A stretch of DNA of 64,000 nt from Longimicrobiales bacterium (GTDB lineage: Bacteria; Gemmatimonadota; Gemmatimonadetes; Longimicrobiales; Gaopeijiaceae): positions 544,001 through 608,000 of the forward strand of contig CBDFIQ010000002.1 in the NCBI GenBank assembly GCA_965248195.1. The letters are read 5' to 3'. A program made the position numbers and the translations under genes. Below, one piece after another: positions 1 through 8,646 of this stretch. How positions within the stretch are numbered: the stretch's first letter is position 1; each line of letters begins with the position of its first letter. Below the pieces are notes generated by a model, which worked only from the letters and a program-made list of their open reading frames with translations, was not told the DNA's origin and searched no databases.

Positions 1-5
1 GTTGT

Positions 6-500
6 TCATCGACTGACGAAGCGGGGGGCTCCATCCGGGCCGAGGTGCTCGACCCGTGCCTCGAGCCCGAGCACTTCGAGGAGGATGTGGCGGTGGCAGT
101 CCTCCGGATGCCGCTCATAGCAAAGGAGGCAGCCCTTCTCGCCTTCGCGGGATAGCTCTTCAAGCAGCGCCCGCAGGCGTTCCGCGATCTGGGGGTGCGC
201 GTTTAGGTGCGCTCGGTACATCGCTAGGCACTCCTCGTGAGACCGGGCGCTCTGCCGGATCCACTTTGGGTTGCCCGCAAACTGTGCGTGGAGGTATCGG
301 ATCCCTCGCTCCGCAAGCACGACCCGCAGCGTCGCGGCCCGGTACGCAGGGACGTAACTCCACGGTGTCTCTCGAACGTCGATGACGACCGACACGCCTG
401 CGCCGACCAGTTCGGTCAGCAGGTCGTCCATTGGTCGAAGCTGGTAGCCGACTGTACTTACCAAGTGCTTCCCGACAGCTAGGGGGTTATCGTGCCGCAA
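6..500 (-). CDS. DUF488 family protein
   Basis: Motifs TVGY, VIDVRETPWS, GIRYLH..GNP and LLCYERHPEDCHR are typical of DUF488; start codon (TTG) uncertain. Confidence 0.8.
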   Translation of the reverse strand: MRHDNPLAVGKHLVSTVGYQLRPMDDLLTELVGAGVSVVIDVRETPWSYVPAYRAATLRVVLAERGIRYLHAQFAGNPKWIRQSARSHEECLAMYRAHLNAHPQIAERLRALLEELSREGEKGCLLCYERHPEDCHRHILLEVLGLEARVEHLGPDGAPRFVSR

Positions 501-579
501 GCCGCCAAGTTAGGACCGATCGGCTGCCCGCGCCAAGCCGATGCGCTTGTTGGTGATGGGTCATCTCAAACTGACCCAT

Positions 580-768
580 CACCGCGGCTCCGGTAAGTGT
601 GCGGGCGACGACGCCGAGTGGTTGCCTCCGAGGAGCCAGTGCTGGTTCGCCGACCGGGTCGTCTCCGTGAGGAGGAAGTACCGCCTCACCATCGACCCGC
701 TAGAGGCTGCAGCTCTGGACCGCGTACTTTCGGGTTGCGGTTCCACGGTCGGGCACACTCCGCTCTAG
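580..768 (+). pseudogene. C-terminal remnant of a DUF1524/HNH-type endonuclease
   Basis: GKCAGDDAEWLPPRSQCWFADRVVSVRRKYRLTIDPLEAAALDRVLSGC resembles the C-terminus of DUF1524-like nucleases; the N-terminal part is absent. Confidence 0.6.
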
Positions 769-855
769 CCGGGACACTGTCCTCAGAAGATCACCTCGCC
801 CGGTTGCTTATAACTCCTTACAATATTGCAGGTGCGGCCCCACCAGGTACCGAAC

Positions 856-1625
856 GGTCAAGTCCCGATTTGTGTGTAAAAGCGGAGGAAGCTCCTCGCC
901 TTCGGCTAGGCTGCTTGGGCGACCTCCTGTTTCTGGAGGAGTGAGAGGTCGAGGTAACGCCGGTCGCCCCAGACGTGTGTGGTCCTGAGTGCGACGGCCG
1001 TGATGAGCCTGAGGGCGCTGGCCCGGTCCGGGAAGGCGCCGGCGGCCTTGATCCTGCGTTTGATCTCGCCGTGCAGCCGCTCGAGGCTGTTGGTGGTACG
1101 CAGCCGGGGCCAGTGCGCCTCGGGGAACGCGTAGAACTGCGTCGCTGCCCCGAAGCCCCGCTCCAGGACCTCCACGGCCTCGGGCAGCTCCTTCTTCCAG
1201 CGTGCGCCGAACTCGCCCAGGAGCTTCTTCGCCTCGGCGAGTCCGGATGTCTGGAAGATCACCGAGACCTCACGCGCCACGCGCTTGCGTAGGCGGTGGG
1301 GGACCCTCGCCCCCACATTACGCTGCAGATGGACCGTACACCTCTGACGGCGTGCCTCGGGCAGGAAGCGGCGGACCGCAGCTGCCAGGCCTGCGTGCTC
1401 ATCGGCGATCACGAGCTCGACACCGCCGAGGCCGCGGTCCTGGAGTTGCTCGAGGAGCTCCGACCAGCTCTGCTGCGACTCCTCAGCGCCCAGCGTGACG
1501 GCCAGGAGCCGTCGGTGACCCTCAGGGCCCACTGCATACGCCACGAGCGCACTCACGTTCTCGACTTTGCGGGCCCAGCGGGCGTCCAAGAACGTGGCGT
1601 CCAGGTACAGATAGGGGTGAGGCCC
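856..1625 (-). mobile_element. Truncated inverted copy (3' 770 bp incl. right IR) of the IS256-family element at 1626-3001
   Basis: Reverse complement of 2232-3001; ORF 906-1589 is identical to the C-terminal part of the 393-aa transposase; begins with GGTCAAGTCCCGATTTGTGTGTAAAAGCGGA. Confidence 0.95.
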
Positions 1626-3001
1626 GGTAGTGTCCCTAGATTTGTGTAAAAGCGGATAAGCTGGACAGGAGGGAAAGAAAAACGGAAGCTCCTCTGTTGT
1701 TGTTCACTGTCACATGAACCCGGGAGTCCGGGTCTGCAGAGCAGGCTCGGAACCGGAGAGGAGCTTCCGATGCAAGAGATTGTGGAGATCGGTCGGGCCA
1801 CGCAAGACGAGCTACGCGATGATTTGCGCGAGCTGTTTCAAGGCGCGATCCGGCTGACGCTCGAGATGGTGCTGGAAGAGGAGCTGAAGGCCATGGTAGG
1901 TGCACGCCGCTTCGAGCGGGTGGGAAGCCGGAAGGACCATAGGAACGGCACATACCTGAGGCGGCTGCTGACGAGCCTGGGGCAGATCGAGGTCGCCATG
2001 CCCCGGAGCCGGGACAACGGTTCGCCGGCCGACGTGATCGGCCGCTACCAGCGCAGGAGCCCCGAGCTCGACGAGATGATGGTCGAGGCGTATGTGAGCG
2101 GCGTGTCACAGCGCAAGATGGGCGACGTCACCGAGGCGCTGATGGGCGAGCGTGTTGGGCGCTCGACGGTGAGTCGTGTGGCAAAACGGCTCGACGAGGC
2201 CGTGGAAGGGCTGCGCCGTGCGCCGATCGAGGGGCCTCACCCCTATCTGTACCTGGACGCCACGTTCTTGGACGCCCGCTGGGCCCGCAAAGTCGAGAAC
2301 GTGAGTGCGCTCGTGGCGTATGCAGTGGGCCCTGAGGGTCACCGACGGCTCCTGGCCGTCACGCTGGGCGCTGAGGAGTCGCAGCAGAGCTGGTCGGAGC
2401 TCCTCGAGCAACTCCAGGACCGCGGCCTCGGCGGTGTCGAGCTCGTGATCGCCGATGAGCACGCAGGCCTGGCAGCTGCGGTCCGCCGCTTCCTGCCCGA
2501 GGCACGCCGTCAGAGGTGTACGGTCCATCTGCAGCGTAATGTGGGGGCGAGGGTCCCCCACCGCCTACGCAAGCGCGTGGCGCGTGAGGTCTCGGTGATC
2601 TTCCAGACATCCGGACTCGCCGAGGCGAAGAAGCTCCTGGGCGAGTTCGGCGCACGCTGGAAGAAGGAGCTGCCCGAGGCCGTGGAGGTCCTGGAGCGGG
2701 GCTTCGGGGCAGCGACGCAGTTCTACGCGTTCCCCGAGGCGCACTGGCCCCGGCTGCGTACCACCAACAGCCTCGAGCGGCTGCACGGCGAGATCAAACG
2801 CAGGATCAAGGCCGCCGGCGCCTTCCCGGACCGGGCCAGCGCCCTCAGGCTCATCACGGCCGTCGCACTCAGGACCACACACGTCTGGGGCGACCGGCGT
2901 TACCTCGACCTCTCACTCCTCCAGAAACAGGAGGTCGCCCAAGCAGCCTAGCCGAAGGCGAGGAGCTTCCTCCGCTTTTACACACAAATCGGGACTTGAC
3001 C
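1626..3001 (+). mobile_element. IS256-family insertion sequence (element A)
   Basis: Imperfect terminal IRs GGTAGTGTCCCTAGATTTGTGTAAAAGCGGA / TCCGCTTTTACACACAAATCGGGACTTGACC enclose a transposase; no target duplication visible. Confidence 0.92.
1770..2951 (+). CDS. IS256-family (mutator-type) transposase
   Basis: HRNG, YVSGVSQRK, YLYLDA, LVIADEHAGL, QRCTVHLQRN and RTTNSLERLHGEIKRR motifs. Confidence 0.95.
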   Translation: MQEIVEIGRATQDELRDDLRELFQGAIRLTLEMVLEEELKAMVGARRFERVGSRKDHRNGTYLRRLLTSLGQIEVAMPRSRDNGSPADVIGRYQRRSPELDEMMVEAYVSGVSQRKMGDVTEALMGERVGRSTVSRVAKRLDEAVEGLRRAPIEGPHPYLYLDATFLDARWARKVENVSALVAYAVGPEGHRRLLAVTLGAEESQQSWSELLEQLQDRGLGGVELVIADEHAGLAAAVRRFLPEARRQRCTVHLQRNVGARVPHRLRKRVAREVSVIFQTSGLAEAKKLLGEFGARWKKELPEAVEVLERGFGAATQFYAFPEAHWPRLRTTNSLERLHGEIKRRIKAAGAFPDRASALRLITAVALRTTHVWGDRRYLDLSLLQKQEVAQAA

Positions 3002-3214
3002 CTGGCTGCTGTGAGCGGTCCGGGCCACGAGCGCGGCCTGAGCCTCTTCGAGCGCAACCGCCTGGGCATCGATGACGATCACTGCATCGGCGTGCCTGGA
3101 GCGCCACAGCGCGGCCGTGGAATCTGCGGCAGATAGCTGAACCCGCAGGGCCTGAACGACGGACTGGTGCGCCTCGCGCTCCTCTTCCAACCCCGTAGAC
3201 AAACCCTCTGCCTC

Positions 3215-3243
3215 TTGACATATAGTATCCTATTGGATACATT
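3215..3243 (+). promoter_or_regulatory. sigma70 promoter with operator for the RelE-like TA operon
   Basis: TTGACA (3215-3220)-N17-TACATT (3238-3243); inverted repeat GTATCC-TATT-GGATAC (3225-3240) in the spacer. Confidence 0.8.
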
Positions 3244-3252
3244 ATACCGTGT

Positions 3253-3546
3253 ATGAACTACACGGTCACCAAGAGCAATACCTTTCTTCGCTGGCTAAAG
3301 GGACTGCGTGACAAGCGTGCTCAGGCACGGATCGTCATCCGCATCGATCGCATCGAGGAGGGTAACCTTGGGGACCACAGATCGGTCGGCGGTGGCGTCA
3401 GCGAACTGCGCGTCGATGTTGGCAAGGGCTACCGTGTCTACTACACAATTCGCGACAAAGCGCTGGTGATTTTGCTCTGTGGGGGAGACAAGTCAACGCA
3501 GCCGCAAGACGTACAACGTGCCCAGCAGATGGCAAGTGAACTCTAA
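3253..3546 (+). CDS. RelE/ParE-superfamily addiction module killer protein (HI1419-like)
   Basis: F..WL..LRD..A..RI..RI.R...GNLGD..SVGGGVSELRVDVGKGYRVYY...LLCGGDKSTQ signature. Confidence 0.92.
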   Translation: MNYTVTKSNTFLRWLKGLRDKRAQARIVIRIDRIEEGNLGDHRSVGGGVSELRVDVGKGYRVYYTIRDKALVILLCGGDKSTQPQDVQRAQQMASEL

Positions 3547-3552
3547 GGAGGG

Positions 3553-3855
3553 ATGATGGGCAAAGAGACGTATACTCCATGGGACAGTGCTGAAGTTCTC
3601 GATAATGATGAGGCAGTCGTCGAATATTTGCAGGCAGCGCTTGAAGAAGACGATCCGGAGTTTTTCGTCAAAGCCGTTGGCAACGTTGCGCGCGCCATCG
3701 GCATGGCCGTCATCGCTGAGGAATCCCAGCTCGGTCGCACCAGCTTGTACAAAGCATTGTCCGGAGAGCGCAATCCACGGATCGGCACCGTAATGAGGGT
3801 TCTTCGCACGTTTGGTGTCCGACTCACCGTTGCACGACGACCACAGACCCGCTGA
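3553..3855 (+). CDS. Addiction module antidote protein, HTH (HI1420-like)
   Basis: WDSAEVLD...YLQAALEE...ARAIGMAVIAEESQLGRTSLYKALSGERNPRIGT; SD AAGGAGG; directly downstream of the toxin. Confidence 0.92.
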   Translation: MMGKETYTPWDSAEVLDNDEAVVEYLQAALEEDDPEFFVKAVGNVARAIGMAVIAEESQLGRTSLYKALSGERNPRIGTVMRVLRTFGVRLTVARRPQTR

Positions 3856-3878
3856 GAGGCTCGTAAGTGGCAGATTCT

Positions 3879-5335
3879 GAAGCTGTCCCAACCGTAGTTG
3901 AAGGTTCCTGATAGGGGAGAAAGAAAAGTGGTGGCTCCGGGGGTCCCGGGCCGATAGGCTCGGGTAGGCAAAAACCCCAACACGGAGCCACCACGATGAA
4001 GAGAACGTACGAGGTAAGGGATCGGGCGGACAAGCGCGCGATCAGGGAGTTCCTGAAGCGGGAGGGGCAGTTTCTGCTTCCGATGCTTGAGCTCGTGGAG
4101 CAGACGGAGGTCGCGATCGACGAAGTCATCCAGGTGATGGGACGAGCGACGATCGAAGCGGTGCTGGAGATGAGCGCCGAGGGTGTGGCAGGCGTGAAGC
4201 AGGCAGGTCGGTCACGAGCGGAAGACGACACGGTGTGGTATGGCCGGCAGGGTGGTGTGGTTTACCTGTCGGACCGGAAGGTGCGTGTGGAGCGGCCACG
4301 GCTCAGGCGCCGGGGCGCCGGGGAGGGTGGCGAGGTCGAGGTGCCGGCGTACGCAGCGATGCGGAGACCGGGCGCCGTGGCGGATCGGATGCTCGAGGTC
4401 CTGATGGCGGGGGTGAGCACGCGGAAGTACGGCCGTGTGATCGGTGAGATGGCCGACACGGTCGGGGTGAGCAAGTCGGCGGTGAGCCGTGAGACGGTCG
4501 AGGCCTCGGAGCGCGTGCTGAAGGAGCTGATGGAGCGCCGGCTGGATGCGTGGGACCTCCTGGTGATCTACCTGGACGGGATCCAGATGGGCTCGCACCA
4601 CGTGCTTGCTGCGGTAGGCGTGGACTCAGACGGAAAGAAGCACGTGCTGGGCGTGAGGGAAGGAGCGAGTGAGAACGCCGAGGTGACCAGCGCGCTCCTA
4701 GAGGATCTGGTCGAGCGCGGCCTGGACCCGGGCAGGCGGCGGCTGTTCGTGATCGATGGCTCGAAAGCGCTCAGGAAGGCGATCGAGAAGGTGTTCGGCC
4801 AACGTCACCCCATCCAGCGCTGCCGCAACCACAAGCTCCGCAACGTGCTGGGTCATCTGCCGAAGGATCAGCATCCTCAGGTGAAGGCGGCGTTCCGGGC
4901 GGCGATGAAGCTGGACGCGAAGCAGGGCGAGCAGAAGCTCGAGCAGCTCGCCCGATGGCTCGAGCGCGACCACCCCTCGGCCTCGGCCAGCCTACGCGAA
5001 GGCCTCAGCGAGATGTTCACGATCAACCGGCTCGGCCTCCCGCCGCGGCTGAGGAAGTGCCTGGGCTCGACCAACCTGATCGACAGCACCCACTCGGGCG
5101 TAAGACAGAAGACCCGCAGGGTGACCAACTGGAAGAACGGAGCGATGGCCTTGCGCTGGGCTGCGGCCTCGTTCGTGGAGACCGAGAAGAGCTACCGGAG
5201 GATCATCGGCTACGACCAGCTCTGGATGCTCAGGGCCCACCTCGACGACCATGAACCGGTTGCCGAAATGAGAAAGGCAGGCTAACAAGGAGACTCTCCG
5301 GAGCCACCACCTTCAACTGTCAGCGGGACACCATC
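3879..5335 (+). mobile_element. IS256-family insertion sequence (element B), intact, 8-bp target duplication
   Basis: IRs GAAGCTGTCCCAACCGTAGTTGAAGG / CCTTCAACTGTCAGCGGGACACCATC; flanking direct repeat CAGATTCT at 3871-3878 and 5336-5343. Confidence 0.95.
3996..5285 (+). CDS. IS256-family transposase
   Basis: GVSTRKY, IYLDG, LFVIDGSKALRKAI, QRCRNHKLRNV and STNLIDS motifs. Confidence 0.95.
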   Translation: MKRTYEVRDRADKRAIREFLKREGQFLLPMLELVEQTEVAIDEVIQVMGRATIEAVLEMSAEGVAGVKQAGRSRAEDDTVWYGRQGGVVYLSDRKVRVERPRLRRRGAGEGGEVEVPAYAAMRRPGAVADRMLEVLMAGVSTRKYGRVIGEMADTVGVSKSAVSRETVEASERVLKELMERRLDAWDLLVIYLDGIQMGSHHVLAAVGVDSDGKKHVLGVREGASENAEVTSALLEDLVERGLDPGRRRLFVIDGSKALRKAIEKVFGQRHPIQRCRNHKLRNVLGHLPKDQHPQVKAAFRAAMKLDAKQGEQKLEQLARWLERDHPSASASLREGLSEMFTINRLGLPPRLRKCLGSTNLIDSTHSGVRQKTRRVTNWKNGAMALRWAAASFVETEKSYRRIIGYDQLWMLRAHLDDHEPVAEMRKAG

Positions 5336-5554
5336 CAGATTCTTCCCACCTCGATCGAGGTCGAAGAACCTGCAACGAGACCGAGCCACATGGCCAGGTC
5401 ATGTGGACGGGGAGGACGCTGTGAGGGGACGGGGATTGGCTTGCTGAGGATCGGGCAGTCGATATAGTACCAGCAGCACACGTAGGTAATCCGCCTACGG
5501 ATTTTTTCGCCAAGCCGCCCCCCCCCAGCGGCGGAAAGGGAAGGGACGTGAGAA

Positions 5555-5791
5555 ATGGCCATTACCCGGAGCGCGGTGATCGTGTTGTTTGCGCTGGCCT
5601 GTGGGACGACCTCTACCGAGCCGTGTCGCGAGGTCGAGCAATTCATCGAGTGTACTTACGGGGCCAGGGTATGCGACGTAGCTCTCAAGCAGCGGACGGA
5701 TCAGGGGTTCTCGTGTACGTTCCTGGAAACGATTCGTAACGCCTTCGGGAGGGTACTCGGGGAGCGCTACGTCTGCAAGAAATGCGAGTAG
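5555..5791 (+). CDS. Putative small Cys-rich lipoprotein
   Basis: N-terminal MAITRSAVIVLFALAC has a lipobox-like end; further cysteines follow; no family recognised. Confidence 0.4.
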   Translation: MAITRSAVIVLFALACGTTSTEPCREVEQFIECTYGARVCDVALKQRTDQGFSCTFLETIRNAFGRVLGERYVCKKCE

Positions 5792-5934
5792 CTCGTGACC
5801 ACCCCGAATGGGTGAGGCCGGTAACCGCCCCAAGGGCCAGGACCTACTTCGCCGCCGGACCTGGCATAGGCCCGGGGACAGCCAGTCCTGTGGACGGGGC
5901 GGGAAGCTGTGAGGGAAATAGTATCACTAAATGG

Positions 5935-5972
5935 TTGACATGGTACTATAACATAGTTAAATTGGTACCATG
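5935..5972 (+). promoter_or_regulatory. sigma70 promoter/operator of hicAB-1
   Basis: TTGACA (5935-5940)-N17-TAAATT (5958-5963); inverted repeat CATGGTAC (5939-5946)/GTACCATG (5965-5972) overlaps the -35 and the start codon. Confidence 0.75.
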
Positions 5973-6221
5973 AAAAAGAAACACTTCAAGACGCTCGCCG
6001 CGATCTTCGCCAAGCCGACCAACGGCAATATCAAGTGGCAGGACATCGAGTCTCTTCTTCTGGCCTGTGGGGCCACCATCACACCAAGCGGCAAGGGCAT
6101 GAAGATTTCTCTGGGCGGGCAGAAGCTCGCCTACCACAGACCGCATGGTCGGAACAACGCAGGCGAGGGTTTGGTGAAGAGGGTGCGCAGATTGCTTGAG
6201 GATCAGGAGGTGACGCCATGA
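5970..6221 (+). CDS. hicA: HicA-family toxin
   Basis: KH.KTLAAIF..P...NIKWQDIESLL...GA...G.G.....HRPH signature. Confidence 0.9.
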   Translation: MKKKHFKTLAAIFAKPTNGNIKWQDIESLLLACGATITPSGKGMKISLGGQKLAYHRPHGRNNAGEGLVKRVRRLLEDQEVTP

Positions 6222-6541
6222 TCGAGTACAAGGGCTATACGGGGGTCATTGAGTTCAGCGGCATGGATCGGATGTTCTACGGGGAAGTGGTCGGACTGCG
6301 TGACATCATCGGCTTCGAGGGTCGAACAGTCGACGAACTCGAGGACTCGATGCACCAGGCCGTGGACCTCTACCTCGAGATGTGCGAGGAAGACGGCACC
6401 GACCCCGACAAGCCCTACTCGGGGCAGTTCCAGATTCGTGTTGACCCGCTACTGCACCGCCAGATCGCCACCGCGGCAGCGGCGCACAGGATGTCCATGA
6501 ACAGCTTCGTGGGGAAGCGGCTCAAGGAGATCGTTGGATAA
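6218..6541 (+). CDS. hicB: HicB-family antitoxin (RHH C-terminus)
   Basis: MIEYKGYTG.IEF...FYGEVVGLRDII.FEG.TVDELE...PDKPYSGQF.IRVDP.LH; ATGA overlap with hicA. Confidence 0.92.
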   Translation: MIEYKGYTGVIEFSGMDRMFYGEVVGLRDIIGFEGRTVDELEDSMHQAVDLYLEMCEEDGTDPDKPYSGQFQIRVDPLLHRQIATAAAAHRMSMNSFVGKRLKEIVG

Positions 6542-6699
6542 CCCGCCCAGTGATCCCAAAGAGCACGAACCACAGCCGCTCGACGATCGAGCCCGAATCA
6601 TGGGGCGCGTCGTCTGGTGGGCGCACACGGATTGAGGGTGAACAAGGGGGGGGACGGTCGCTTGGGGCTCCGGCCGTCCCCCCTTCGGCGCGGGCACGG

Positions 6700-6741
6700 G
6701 TCAACACTTCTGTTGACATAAACAGATGTGTTGACTATATT
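6700..6741 (+). promoter_or_regulatory. sigma70 promoter/operator of hicAB-2
   Basis: TTGACA (6713-6718)-N17-TATATT (6736-6741); inverted repeat GTCAACAC (6700-6707)/GTGTTGAC (6728-6735). Confidence 0.8.
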
Positions 6742-6747
6742 CACTCC

Positions 6748-6936
6748 ATGAATTCAAGCGAATTTCGCCGCTGGCTCAAGAAGCAAGGCTGCTCCTTCGA
6801 GACACATAAGGGCGGCAGCGGCCACCTCACGGTTCGTCGTGGCAACCGCACATCACAATTGCCCTTGCATGGCAGCCGGAAGGAGCTCGGAAAAGGTCTC
6901 GTGGCGAAAATCAAAAAAGACCTGGAGCTAGAGTGA
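6748..6936 (+). CDS. hicA: HicA-family toxin (E. coli type, 62 aa)
   Basis: MNSSEFRRWLKKQG...GSGH...LPLHG..ELGKGLV..IKKDL; start re-assigned to ATG 6748. Confidence 0.92.
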   Translation: MNSSEFRRWLKKQGCSFETHKGGSGHLTVRRGNRTSQLPLHGSRKELGKGLVAKIKKDLELE

Positions 6937-6937
6937 T

Positions 6938-7345
6938 ATGTACGACTATCCCGTCAATCTCACCGAAGACAGCAACGGTACGATTCTCGTGACCTCGCCG
7001 GATTTTCCTGAACTCACCACCTTCGGCGACGATGAGGAGGATGCCCTGGCGCGAGCGGCTGACGCTTTCGATGAGGCGATCGCGGCGAGAATCGCGTATC
7101 GGAAGGATGTTCCCCGTCCTTCACGAGGAAAGATTCGTGTGGCGCTTCGTAGCCTCACGGCCGTGAAGCTCATTCTGTACCAAGGAATGCGAGATCAGGG
7201 TGTCGGCAAGGCAGAGTTAGCGCGACGCTTGAATTGGCATTTGCCGCAAGTAGATCGCGTTCTCGATATTCAGCACAACTCGCGCCTCGATCAAATGGAC
7301 GCCGCCTTGGGGGCTATCGGTCTCCGCCTCCATGTAAGCGCGTAA
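6938..7345 (+). CDS. hicB: HicB-family antitoxin (HTH C-terminus)
   Basis: YPV.L..D.NGT.LVT.PDFPE..TFG.D...AL and a C-terminal GVGKAELARRLNWHLPQVDR HTH. Confidence 0.92.
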   Translation: MYDYPVNLTEDSNGTILVTSPDFPELTTFGDDEEDALARAADAFDEAIAARIAYRKDVPRPSRGKIRVALRSLTAVKLILYQGMRDQGVGKAELARRLNWHLPQVDRVLDIQHNSRLDQMDAALGAIGLRLHVSA

Positions 7346-7599
7346 TCGGGCCCCGAGGTTCACTCACCGACTCGCCAGCGCATAACCAGCCGCGAACACC
7401 CCCGCGTACTTGAGGACCCCAATCACTGGGTCGGACCAGCTGCCTTGGCTCTGGGCGATCCGTGCCGCGAGCGCGCTCTGACACCTCACTCGGGCTCACG
7501 CATCGCTGGGTGCTGTCAGCGGGTGTGATCGGCTGATGGGCGAAAGGGGATCCATGGGGCGAAAAGGGGTCGGGTGGTGGTGGAAGAGAGGGTAGTGTC

Positions 7600-7812
7600 C
7601 TAATTTGAATTTGGCTGTCGTGGGAATTCCCCGACGCGCCTTCCGTCGGTCTCTATGACTTCGCGCATGGGGCCGGGAACCGCGTCAATGTTTTCGAAGA
7701 TCATCTGCATCTCGACAGGATCGCTGTCGTTGAACGTCATGATCGTGTAGAGGCTCCCTTGACCATCCCCGTCTAGCTCCCAGCGAAAGCCGAGGGTGCG
7801 GGTTTCATCCAT
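7600..7812 (-). CDS. Hypothetical protein (possibly a fragment)
   Basis: 70-aa ORF with protein-like composition, overlapping the end of the truncated tape measure gene. Confidence 0.35.
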   Translation of the reverse strand: MDETRTLGFRWELDGDGQGSLYTIMTFNDSDPVEMQMIFENIDAVPGPMREVIETDGRRVGEFPRQPNSN

Positions 7813-8359
7813 CGTCAGCGGACGTGCCTAGTATAGCGGGCCCGTACCGTTCGTCCGCCTCCGCTTGGTTGAGGACGATGCCGAGGTCGTCGAGGCGTAG
7901 CCTCGACATACGCGCCAACCCGACCGTCAGCTTCTGGAGCGCCTCGGTGGCTTCGATTCCTTGGGCTCGACCGAGGATGCGCGAGATGTTCACCTGACGC
8001 GCGAACTCTTCCGTGGTCTTAGCCGAGCCAAGCGCAAGAGCCTGGTTGAGCAGGGCCATGAGCTGGAAGTCTTCGATCGTGTTGCGCGAGGCTTCACGGA
8101 GCCTGCGCAGGGCCGCGACCTCGTCGCCCGTGATCTTGGCGAACGTGCGCTTGACCGCGATCACCTTCGAGCCGCGCTCGCCGACCTTGGTAAGTCCGAG
8201 CACCAGAGCAGCCGTCGCCGCGGTGAGAGCGGCTATTCCGCGCGCGACGTCCTTCGCCGTTCGGGTGATGCCCCGCAGCGTACGCCGGAAGCGGCCGACT
8301 ACCGAAGAAGCAATGTCCTTCGCTTTGATGATGACTTCGACGACGTTGCCGCGGGCCAT
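7805..8359 (-). pseudogene. Tail tape measure protein, N-terminal fragment
   Basis: VEVIIKAKDIAS start, Ala-rich helices, GLARMSRLRLDDLGI motif; position after tail chaperones; only 184 aa. Confidence 0.8.
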
Positions 8360-8646
8360 CAGTCGCTCGCCTCTGGGTCTTCTTGGTTTTCGGCGAACCG
8401 ATTCGGCAGGAAATGTGGAGTAGCGGCTTTACTCGTCGGGTAAGCCTGCTTCTCCAGCTCACTTCTCAGACGCTGGGATTCGCTCCCGTCTCCAAGGATG
8501 CCACCGACACCGATCGACACGGCGTCCATCTGCATGAGCTGGAGTCGTCCCCAGAACTGGCCAGTACGTCTGGCGAATGCCAGGAAGAGTGGCCACGGGT
8601 CGGACGGGGCAGGGGGACCACCGTAGACGGCCGCGTACTCAGCCAT
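8359..8646 (-). CDS. Putative tail assembly chaperone (T-like)
   Basis: Position immediately upstream of the tape measure; TGATG translational coupling on both sides. Confidence 0.5.
   Translation of the reverse strand: MAEYAAVYGGPPAPSDPWPLFLAFARRTGQFWGRLQLMQMDAVSIGVGGILGDGSESQRLRSELEKQAYPTSKAATPHFLPNRFAENQEDPEASD

Noticed and set aside
6550..6747. N-terminal extension of the second HicA
   Set aside because: It runs through the promoter/operator; HicA similarity starts at Met 6748.
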